A stretch of DNA of 64,000 nt, from positions 64,001 to 128,000 of the forward strand of contig CAWFQL010000012.1 of the NCBI GenBank assembly GCA_963817915.1. The letters are read 5' to 3'. The position numbers and the translations under genes are program-made. The stretch comes from an uncultured candidate division Zixibacteria bacterium (GTDB taxonomy: Bacteria; Zixibacteria; MSB-5A5; UBA10806). This document shows positions 49,796 through 59,200 of the stretch, piece after piece. The notes under the pieces were generated by a model. The model had not been told where the DNA came from. It did no database searches and saw nothing but the letters and a program-made list of their open reading frames with translations. Numbering within the stretch: position 1 is the stretch's first letter; each line of letters opens with the position of its first letter.

Positions 49796-51688
49796 TCATT
49801 TTTGCAGGTATTTCGCCAGGAATTTTTCCATGGCATCATAAAATTCAAATCTGTTTTCCTCGTTGTGAAATCCATGGCCTTCATCATTTTTGACAATATA
49901 AGTGACGTCGATACCCTTTTTCTTTAAGGCATCGACAATCTGGTTGGATTCATTGATATTTACTCGAGGGTCATTGGCTCCCTGCGCGACCAACATCGGT
50001 ACTTTAATATTGTCCGCGTGAAAGACCGGCGATGTTTCGGCCAATTGAGTGCTGTCCTTTTGAGGATCGCCTACCATTTCATAAAACATATCGAGGTATG
50101 GCTTCCAGTATGGAGGTATCGATTTCATGAATGTAAACAAATTGGAAACTCCAACATAATCAACACCACAGACATATAGATCAGGCGTGAATGTCACACC
50201 TGCCAGTGTTGCATAGCCGCCATAGCTGCCGCCGTAAATTGCGATATGCTTGGGATCGGCAATTCCCTGATCGATAAGCCATTTAACTCCATCGCTGATA
50301 TCATTCTGCATGGTTTTGCCCCATTGCTTGAATGACGCTTCCCAGAATTTCTTTCCATAACCGGTCGAACCCCTGAAATTCATCTGCAAAACCGCATATC
50401 CTCGATTAGCAAGGAATTGGATTTCAGGATTGAATGTCCAACTATCTCTATACCAGGGGCCGCCATGGGGATTTACAACTACGGGCAGATTTTTGGGGTC
50501 TTTGCCCTTAGGCAATGTCAGATAGCCATTGATGGTGAGGCCATCTCTTGATTTATAAGTAATTGGTTTCATCTCTGCCATGTCATCGGCATTTAGCCAG
50601 GGATTTCTGTCAGCCAATTTCGTCAACTTGCCGGTTTTAGTTTCATATAGATAGTAGGAGCCCATAGTCCGGTCATTGTAATTGCGGATAGTGAAGACAT
50701 CTTCGCTTTTATTGTTTGAGGTAATAAGCACTATCATACCCGGAAGTTGTTTTTCGATTTTGGCGTAGATATCGCCGGTTTCTTTATCGAGAATTTTTCG
50801 TTGCGGTTTCCAGGTCGTATAGTCTATTTCTGTCAAAACCTTTCTTTTTTTCGAGTACGACATCGATTCTACATCGACATCGGGGTTTTCGTAAATGACT
50901 TCCAATTCTTTATTGCTGGCCAAATCATATTTTACAATTGCCACTTTGTCGCGTCCCAGATTTGATGCCGCGTAGATATTTTTATTGTCAAAAGTAAAGA
51001 ACAACGGGGAGAATGATTCTTTAAAATTGGTGCTTAGGATAGTCCGGAATGAATCCTGTTCGGTCGCCCTATATAATATGCTGGTATTAACACCGTCGGT
51101 TGTTGTCGCAATTCTGATCTTGCCTTCATGATCGGTCCTCCAGCTTGTGATATTACCGGGATTCTCCGCGATCATCTTGAGCTCCCCCGTAACTACATTA
51201 AGCCGGTAGGCGTCAAAAACCTGAGGATTTCGTTTGTTCATTTCGATGATGATATCGGTATCGTTATCCTCCAGATCGTCTACAATAGTTACCCTTGCTG
51301 AATCGAAAGGAGTAAGATCGGATTCTTTGGTACCATCCGTATTTACCGCGAATACGTGGAAATTCTCGTTACCGCCGAAATCTTTTAAATAAAGAATAGT
51401 ATTATTACCCTTCCAATAATATTCGGAGATGTCGCGATCGGTTATTGTGGTGACTCTTTTAGCCTCAGACGAGCCCATGGGCCGGACAAATATATTCATG
51501 CGATTTTCGAACGGCTGAATGAATGCCATAGACTTGCCGTCGGGCGAGATCTGAAAATAGGCGATTTCCGGATTTTTGAAAAAATCTCTCATAGGGATTA
51601 ATTTCGCAGTCTGCGCGAATACTGCTGAGATAGAGAACAATAGCAAAAATGCCAGTCCAAAATTAAATGTCATCATTGAGTGCTTCAT
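49796..51688 (-). CDS. S9 family (prolyl oligopeptidase-like) peptidase
   Basis: HGGP, NFRGSTGYG, GGSYGG, DPRV, EGHGF; signal peptide VFA|Q. Confidence 0.93.
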   Translation of the reverse strand: MKHSMMTFNFGLAFLLLFSISAVFAQTAKLIPMRDFFKNPEIAYFQISPDGKSMAFIQPFENRMNIFVRPMGSSEAKRVTTITDRDISEYYWKGNNTILYLKDFGGNENFHVFAVNTDGTKESDLTPFDSARVTIVDDLEDNDTDIIIEMNKRNPQVFDAYRLNVVTGELKMIAENPGNITSWRTDHEGKIRIATTTDGVNTSILYRATEQDSFRTILSTNFKESFSPLFFTFDNKNIYAASNLGRDKVAIVKYDLASNKELEVIYENPDVDVESMSYSKKRKVLTEIDYTTWKPQRKILDKETGDIYAKIEKQLPGMIVLITSNNKSEDVFTIRNYNDRTMGSYYLYETKTGKLTKLADRNPWLNADDMAEMKPITYKSRDGLTINGYLTLPKGKDPKNLPVVVNPHGGPWYRDSWTFNPEIQFLANRGYAVLQMNFRGSTGYGKKFWEASFKQWGKTMQNDISDGVKWLIDQGIADPKHIAIYGGSYGGYATLAGVTFTPDLYVCGVDYVGVSNLFTFMKSIPPYWKPYLDMFYEMVGDPQKDSTQLAETSPVFHADNIKVPMLVAQGANDPRVNINESNQIVDALKKKGIDVTYIVKNDEGHGFHNEENRFEFYDAMEKFLAKYLQK

Positions 51689-51751
51689 TTTTAACCTCCT
51701 GTCAAATTTTATGTCATTAGAAAACGCGTTGGTCATGATGATAGTTCCAAA

Positions 51752-54124
51752 TTACTTGATATCCAGATCAAATGGCATTTTATAGGCAATTGATTCATTG
51801 TCCCGGCCTTCAATCAGTTCGGCCACTTGCCATCCGATACTTGGGAATTCGAAAAGCTGCCGTATGGAGAATGGATATTTGGGATAAGAATCAATAATGA
51901 TATGATCTTCGGAATCAATTCCGGCTTTGGTTCGCGCCAGATTTATGGCGTCCCAAATTCCACCATAGGAATCGACCAATCCTTTTTGAAGTGCCTGGTG
52001 ACCTGTCCATACTCTGCCCTGTCCGATGGCATCAACGGAATCATATGGAATTTTGCGCCATGTAGAGACTTTATCCACAAAGCTTTCGTAAAATTGATTT
52101 ATCATTTTTTTTGCCTTCGAGATTTCTTCATCTGTCAAGCCGCGAGTAGATGATCTAATATCGGCATGGATGCCACGTTTGAGGGTTTGCTTGTTTATGC
52201 CGATTTTTTCATAAAAACCGGATAAATCCATTTTCCCTTCGATAACCCCAATCGATCCGGTTATGGTAGCGGGAGAAACCAGGATGTCATCGCCTATACA
52301 TGAAATATAATATCCTCCCGACGCTGCCACTCCGCCCATCGAAATTATCAATGGCTTCTTGCCTTTTATTAATTCCAGTTCACGAAAAATTTCATCCGAC
52401 GCGAATCCGTCGCCCCCGGGCGAATTAACTCTGAGCACGATGGCCATGATATTTTTGTCATTTCTGATCTTTTTCAGCGCGTCGGATACGGTAGTCGATC
52501 CCATCGTTTTGCCCATAAAAAGGTCTTGACCGCTCCGGCCCGTCTTTATGGCGCCATCGGCGTATACAATGGCGATATGCTGCGGCTCTTTCCAGCGAGT
52601 GTTGGAATAATCCTTTTTGTAAAATTCGCAAATATCAACCGGACCGGCCATATTTAGGTCTTTGGTCTTAATAATTTCGTCGTAATGTTTTAGCCCGTCA
52701 ATAAGGCCGGAGTCGTAAGCGTCCTTTGGCGTATATGGTCCGGCATCAATAATTTTCTTAACGTCTTCTGATAATATTTTCCTGCTTGCGGAGATTCCCT
52801 CGACAAATTGCGCGTAGAGATCGTCAAGCAACCAATCCAATTGTTCTCTGGCTTCTTTGGACAATTCTGTTTGAGTAAATGCGTCTCCGAATGTTTTGTG
52901 GGGGCCGGTATGTATCATCTGGGCCTTAATTCCCAATTTGTCCATAGTGCCTTTGTAATATGTCGCGGTGGCCGAAAGCCCATCGAGCTCAAGCAGCCCG
53001 GTTGGATTCATATAAATCTTGTCAGCTACTGTTGCCAAATAATAATCAAGATTCCCGCCGTTATCGATATAGGCGATAATCGGTTTACCTGTTTTCCTAA
53101 AATCGATCAGCGAATTTTTCAATTCTTCGGCTGAGGCGAAACTTGTTTTTACGGCGTCAAATCGCAATATCAGGCTATTGATATTTTTATCGTTAGCGGC
53201 CTCATGAATAGCATCGATAATATCAAAAAATGAAGTTCCCCTTGAACCCAAAAAGCCTTGAGGGGGCTCTTCCTTGATCGGGCCGGTTAGATTTAATATA
53301 CCGGTCTTTCCCTGGTCGGCCATCGATTCCTGATTCCGTTTCCCGGTAATTTCGACAAAATAGCTGCCGCCGCTATATTTATTCGAGCTATTTATATTTC
53401 CCTGAACGCCTGTGCGATATTGATCAAAGAGGAATGTCACTCCTACACGCCACTGTCCTTCGGTTCGGTATTCGGAATTAAACATAACGCCCTTGAATGG
53501 CCCGATCTTTAAGCCGAAATTCCCCTGGCTCCTGGATATTTCATCCCCCTCATTCCAGCGGCCGTCAGCCCATATCGTTAACTTTTCGCCGATTGGACGA
53601 AGGGCTATTCCCGGTCTATAAAGACGCCATTGCTTGCGCCCGCCGAATCTCGGCTCATTGAGCCTGTCGACAACCAAACCCAATGATGCAAATGGCTTGG
53701 GATGATACAGCATGCCTATTTTCCAATCTTTGCGATTTTTATAAAACGCGTTATCACCGTTAAACATGCTATAAGAAATGCCCAGGTAAAAATTGGGAAA
53801 TATTCTATCGCTCAACGCGAACGTAAATTTTCTTCGGAATATATTGTCGTCACGTTTTAGCCATTCGATCGAGAAAAACCCGCCCTGAGAACTCGCCAAA
53901 AAGGCGTCGTCACCTTTATAGGTTGTCGAGTGGAAATTGTGAGTATAATGAATCCCGATATCGTCCCAGAACGCCAGCCCCGCGGGATTGATGAGGCCCG
54001 CTGTGATTTGATCCGCTGTGGCTACTGATTCGGATTGATAATCCACGCCGTCAACCGGATTTGAAAAGGCCGAGCCCAACGGAACTAAAATCATAATGAA
54101 AATCGCAATAGTTATAAATTTCAT
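51752..54124 (-). CDS. sppA: Signal peptide peptidase SppA (two S49 domains) with an N-terminal beta-barrel-like extension
   Basis: YYLA, GPHK, RVNSPGG, AASGGYY, TGSIGV, GRVWTG; about 250 extra N-terminal residues containing NPAGL. Confidence 0.88.
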   Translation of the reverse strand: MKFITIAIFIMILVPLGSAFSNPVDGVDYQSESVATADQITAGLINPAGLAFWDDIGIHYTHNFHSTTYKGDDAFLASSQGGFFSIEWLKRDDNIFRRKFTFALSDRIFPNFYLGISYSMFNGDNAFYKNRKDWKIGMLYHPKPFASLGLVVDRLNEPRFGGRKQWRLYRPGIALRPIGEKLTIWADGRWNEGDEISRSQGNFGLKIGPFKGVMFNSEYRTEGQWRVGVTFLFDQYRTGVQGNINSSNKYSGGSYFVEITGKRNQESMADQGKTGILNLTGPIKEEPPQGFLGSRGTSFFDIIDAIHEAANDKNINSLILRFDAVKTSFASAEELKNSLIDFRKTGKPIIAYIDNGGNLDYYLATVADKIYMNPTGLLELDGLSATATYYKGTMDKLGIKAQMIHTGPHKTFGDAFTQTELSKEAREQLDWLLDDLYAQFVEGISASRKILSEDVKKIIDAGPYTPKDAYDSGLIDGLKHYDEIIKTKDLNMAGPVDICEFYKKDYSNTRWKEPQHIAIVYADGAIKTGRSGQDLFMGKTMGSTTVSDALKKIRNDKNIMAIVLRVNSPGGDGFASDEIFRELELIKGKKPLIISMGGVAASGGYYISCIGDDILVSPATITGSIGVIEGKMDLSGFYEKIGINKQTLKRGIHADIRSSTRGLTDEEISKAKKMINQFYESFVDKVSTWRKIPYDSVDAIGQGRVWTGHQALQKGLVDSYGGIWDAINLARTKAGIDSEDHIIIDSYPKYPFSIRQLFEFPSIGWQVAELIEGRDNESIAYKMPFDLDIK

Positions 54125-54188
54125 TTCCTCTCCTATAAAGATGAACTAAGCTGGGTACATTTAAATAATAATGTGGAAAATCCAGAAA

Positions 54189-55331
54189 TCATTGGCCTCT
54201 CAAATCGATTACACCGATGCCGCTGATTTTTAATTCAATCCGTGAATCGCCGCCACCAATCGTTCCTTCCAGCCGAGTTAAATCCAATAATGTCGGCTTA
54301 ATTGAAAGATTTTTGGTATGAATACGACCGCCTTCATCGACAGACGCGATGATAGATGCCGAAGTATTGGTCGGGATGGAAAGATTGATATTATTGTATG
54401 TATCCGAGATGAAAAGCTCACAATTTGAAATGGCATTCAGTGCGGCGTCGATGGATGAGTAACTTGTTTCAATCTTCGAATGTCCGTGTGTCAACCTGCT
54501 GTCGCTAACATGAATGGTATTGAATGATGTTTCGCAGACCAATTCGCCTGAAATATTATCCGCCCATATAGCGCCGTAGTTTGTTCTCAGAACCACGGAT
54601 CCATCGGCGGTCCGAATATTTTTGGCGGTAATCTCCGAAAAATTAGTATACGCCTCGACCGCCCCGCGAATATCCTCTAAAAGTATGCTTCCGCCGCCGC
54701 CCCTGAAAATTGCGCTTCCATTGGGTATGTCTATATCACGGGCGCCAATAGCACCATGCTCATTCGACGCCTCGATTGATCCCCTGATTGATCTAAGGTT
54801 TATAGTTTCAAATGAGGTGGAAACATTCACGGGACCGGTTATATTTTCAACATTGATTGGAGAAAAGGCCGATTCTAATGACACCCCACTAAACGGCCCG
54901 ATTACCGATAGCTTCATAAATTTCAGATTGCCTTCAATGGTCATATTTTCAGGCACTTCAATTGATATTTCTAATCTTACGCTGTAATTACTACCCTGCC
55001 AGGGCGCGTCGATCGGAGTCAAGATTTTCAATATAGCCCTGTCGTCGGTGGGCGTAAATAATCTGAGATCGATCAAATCGAGGAAACGACGCCCCTGGGA
55101 TTCTTCCAGGGCCGACGCTGATTTCGAAAAAACCACTTTTATATTCTTTTCAGTACCTGAACTTATGGCAATAGAGCCGCTCAAATTATTGCTGCCCTGT
55201 ATCTCGAAGACTGTCTGGTCTGTTAAAAGGATATTGAGATTGCCGGTTTCCTTAGCCGGCTCGCCCGCAAAAGAATACGCAAAATACCCAAAAATTGCGA
55301 TGATTAAGGCATATTTCGAGAACCGCTTCAT
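54189..55331 (-). CDS. DUF4097 / adhesin-like beta-strand repeat protein
   Basis: Signal peptide; repeated I-G-V-T-(F/Y)-I beta-solenoid units. Confidence 0.75.
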   Translation of the reverse strand: MKRFSKYALIIAIFGYFAYSFAGEPAKETGNLNILLTDQTVFEIQGSNNLSGSIAISSGTEKNIKVVFSKSASALEESQGRRFLDLIDLRLFTPTDDRAILKILTPIDAPWQGSNYSVRLEISIEVPENMTIEGNLKFMKLSVIGPFSGVSLESAFSPINVENITGPVNVSTSFETINLRSIRGSIEASNEHGAIGARDIDIPNGSAIFRGGGGSILLEDIRGAVEAYTNFSEITAKNIRTADGSVVLRTNYGAIWADNISGELVCETSFNTIHVSDSRLTHGHSKIETSYSSIDAALNAISNCELFISDTYNNINLSIPTNTSASIIASVDEGGRIHTKNLSIKPTLLDLTRLEGTIGGGDSRIELKISGIGVIDLRGQ

Positions 55332-55381
55332 ATCTTCACCATTCCACTTTAGTATACGATGACTTATAGGTACTGTTGCAA

Positions 55382-56296
55382 CTAAAACTTTGTAATTCTT
55401 TTATCAAAAATTGCAGTAAGTATTACCCTGCCAACCTTTGCCAATGAAGATGGTGTGCATTTATCCGGCGTGTCGTCATGAGTGTGCCAGTATGGGTAAT
55501 CAAAATCAATAATGTCAATGGCGCGCAGGCCGCGCGAAATCAAGGGCACATGATCATCGGAAATAGTGTATTTTACCGAATCGCTGAAATTGGTTACCCC
55601 TATTTCATTCGCGATATTCCAGATGTAGTCATTAATATCCTTGGAATATCTTTCCGAATATCCTTCACGATAAATTTGAAGGCTTGAATCTCCGACCATG
55701 TCCAATAATAACGCGAACCTTGGTCGATAAAGGCCGAGGTTTTCGCTAAAATATGTAGACCCCAAAAACCAACCTTCCTTTTCTTTACTCAGCCCATAAT
55801 CCTCGCCATCGAAAAGCACGATATCTACTCCAATTGGAGGCTTGCGGATTTTCAGAAGGCGGCCGATTTCCAGTAAAATCGCCACACCCGACGCGCCATC
55901 ATTGGCCCCCATTAAAGGCGTATGCCAATAGCTCGAATCGGGGTCCTGGTCGCAGCGAGGGCGACTATCCCAATGTGCGCATAACATGATTCGCCTGGTA
56001 TCTTCAGGCCTGAAGGACGCGATTAAATTGAAGAGCTTCAATTCCTTCGACGCGGAAGAATCATAGTACGTGAATTTTTGTATTCGGCAATAATCAGTCG
56101 ATAATTTAAGGCTATTATATAGAAATTCACCGGCTTTCGAATGCGCCTCGGATTCGGGAACCCTCGGTCCAAAATCGCACTGCTTTATAAGATCTTCATA
56201 TGCCCGCTGAGAATTAAACTCGGGCGGCTTGCCGCAATTAGAAAAGAATGCAACGATAATTGATAATAAAATGAATTTATGACTGAATATTCTCAG
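55382..56296 (-). CDS. M28 family lipoprotein, glutaminyl cyclase-like; CTG start overlapping the sprA stop
   Basis: Frame is open 85 codons upstream of the called TTG: signal peptide with FSNC, FGPRVP; AHWDSRP, GANDGASG, DGEDYG, DMVG, DDH, YWHT. Confidence 0.87.
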   Translation of the reverse strand: MRIFSHKFILLSIIVAFFSNCGKPPEFNSQRAYEDLIKQCDFGPRVPESEAHSKAGEFLYNSLKLSTDYCRIQKFTYYDSSASKELKLFNLIASFRPEDTRRIMLCAHWDSRPRCDQDPDSSYWHTPLMGANDGASGVAILLEIGRLLKIRKPPIGVDIVLFDGEDYGLSKEKEGWFLGSTYFSENLGLYRPRFALLLDMVGDSSLQIYREGYSERYSKDINDYIWNIANEIGVTNFSDSVKYTISDDHVPLISRGLRAIDIIDFDYPYWHTHDDTPDKCTPSSLAKVGRVILTAIFDKRITKF

Positions 56297-59200
56297 AATC
56301 TAATCTCCGTCCAGATGCCCAGTCGTCTGATATGATGCTTGCGCTGCGTTATTTTATTGTTGGTATCAGTCCAGGCGCCATTTAGTCCCCCGGTAATTGC
56401 CCTTGAAAATTGATACGATAGTTTGGGTTCAATCGTTAAATCAACCGTCTTGGAAGTGGGAGTCCTGACTGACTCGACTAAATTCTCGGCAATCGTATTT
56501 CTGATAGTTATATCGAGAGCCATTGAAAGCTGACTGTCGAATTTGATCTTCTTCAAAAGCGGCAATTTTATTCCCTTGGGGGCGCTTAGGCTGTACGAAA
56601 AACTTATCTTGAGCGTGTTATCCGAATTTTCCGTATTCACCTTTGACTGCCCCTCTCCTCTAAGATTTTCGGTCTTGCCAGTTTTGCGATCATAGCGAAT
56701 TGAGGCCGAAACATTATTTTTAAATATAAATTTGAGAGACATTAAAGGATAAAAATTCTTTACAGTTTCTCTATTACGAACTTCTTTGGTATCAGCTTGG
56801 CCTTTGGTTGTGACAATCTTTTGAAATGCTGTCTGTAAATTCACGCTGCTCGATAATTTTGTCAGGAACGACAGCTTTTCGAGGCCGTTCAAAGTAAAAT
56901 TGAGGTCGGGGAACGTTGCCGATTTGTCGAATAGAGGTTCATTGGAAGATCGGGTCACGGTATATTTATATTGGTATCCGGTCGTGACGCTTAAACTGGT
57001 GAAGGGCTGGAGGCCCGAAGAAATTTCGATATTGTTGGAAGTTGTCGATTGATTGGGAAGCTGGAGATTGGGCGTATCCTTTACTAAAGCATGGGGATTT
57101 TGCGAAAACCCGAATATGTACGCCATCGATGGACGATTCACCAGGCCCCGAAGCGAAAGATCCTTATTCTTTTGATAATTAGCCTGTATCGGCTGGATCA
57201 TGCTAAGGGCGCCAACCATTTTTTTGAGTATCCATTTGGGCGATCCTTTTGAGGGCTGGCCATTATTGTCGTCTTTAGGCTTGTCGTCAGATTGACCCGG
57301 TTCAGTGCCTTCGTCTGATTTATTATCATTGCCCTTATCCGGGGGAGGAGCCATCTGAGACTTGCCCCTGTCTTTGGGAATGAGCATCGGAACATTTAAT
57401 CGAGTCTCGATCCTTATCCCGTTTTGGGCGCGAGTGCTTCTGGTGCCGTCGCTATTTTGGCGGATATCGGTATTTTCATCATAGCTTGAGTTGAATGTAA
57501 ATTTGGTATCAAATAATTTAGATAATTTAGGTATGAAATTTGTATCAAATCTCTGGTTCAGGGTTTTTTCTTTCCCCAGTTTTATTTTCGAAGGATTTAT
57601 GCTCATTTTGAATGAGGCAGGATCGCTGATATCTCTTGTCGAACCCATACTGTAATTGGTTCTTGTCGAGGAAAAAAGATTAAGCCCGGTCGAGGCGGTT
57701 AGTGTCAGGTCTTTGACCCTCGAGTATGTCTGAATGCTTGAGGGCAGCCTTTCTGTTTTATTCGAGCCATCAAGATTCGCGGTAAATTTAAATTGCGTGG
57801 GGAGGGGGAAGCAATCGGCCCCAGATATAACTTTCGGCATCAATAAATATTTCGTCCAGACCAAAGGTTTAAACGATGGCTTTGCTTTCGGAGTAAGATC
57901 ATATGCTCCAGTCATCTTGTAACTCAGAAGCCTGCTCAACGGCAGGGCCGGGGAATTATTTTGCGAAATACTATAAAAATAGCTGGTGTTAATTCTGTTT
58001 AATGTCAAATTCCATAGCCAATTATTTGTATTTCGGTTAAATGCTTCCGAGAAACTGTAACTTGCTGATCTTGTTAAAGATTTTTCTATCTGCTGGGATT
58101 CTCGATTCAGAATAATATCTGATCCTGGTTTTAGTCGGGGTAATGATATTTGTGTCGAGTATGTAAAAGTAGCCGGCAGAGCTAAGCCTAAATCGGGGGA
58201 AAAGAATTTATCGAGTTTCGTTGATAATCTGATCGATTTGTTTGTCGTGGCCATCCCGCTTGGGATTTTTGAAGAAAGCATGACAAAATCCGAACCTGTT
58301 TTATTATATGCCAGCGTAAGGTCCAAAAAGTCCGCGAATTTGGCGTTGACTTGAAGCTTTCCCGCAAAATCTGTTTTCTTTCTGACATTTGAGACACGCA
58401 TTTCATCGAGCCAGACTTCTCCAGTATAGGTCCCGGTTGCCGAAGTATCGATTTCTACGCCTGCCCAAAAACCGCTGATTTGTGATAGCGCGGGATTGCC
58501 GTGTACGCGATAATGACCGTCAGTGGTATCTGCGTATAGCAGTGATTCTGGCCGAACCCGCTTCATCATCTCGTATTTCAATGCTGTCATTTTATTGAAA
58601 TCAATTTCCACCCAGTTATTTTCATTCCAGTCCGGCTGAAGGACGGTGCGGTATTCGTAATAGTTTTCGGTGTTCTTTGTGCCAAGCCTGAAGAAAAAGG
58701 TCACTTTGCCGGATGAAGAACTGGAATCGCCATGAACGTACATTTTGAGGGTTTGATAAAGCGTATAATTCTCTGATTGGTAAAGATCCCAGTACACCTG
58801 GCCTGCGTGTCCCGCCGTCATTTCCTGATAAGATAGCACCAGCGATTGCTCTTTTTCCCTAATTCCAGTGGCTCGATCAAGATTTCCGGCAATTCCGGGC
58901 GGCGGATAATAGCTTGAATTTTCCTGGGTATTCTTGACTGTAACCTCTAATTTCTCGTTTGGCCCCAATGGCGCGCCATATGTAGCTCGGACAGTATCTT
59001 CCTGCCATTTATTTCCCACCAATTCAAATGACGCCATCTTCATGAAATAAGGCTCGCTCGCTCCCGAAAACCACAAACGTGCGTAATTCAACTTGGTGAA
59101 ATCCGCGGATGCTCGCGCTCCCATAACGTTATAAGCATTAGGGTCCTGCAACGGTATTCTCAACAATTTCCAGGTGCCGCTGGGAGCGACAGATTGATCG

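Noticed and set aside
55382..56041. M28 peptidase as a truncated or frameshifted gene
   Set aside because: The frame is open and coding-like up to CTG 56296; only a canonical start codon is missing
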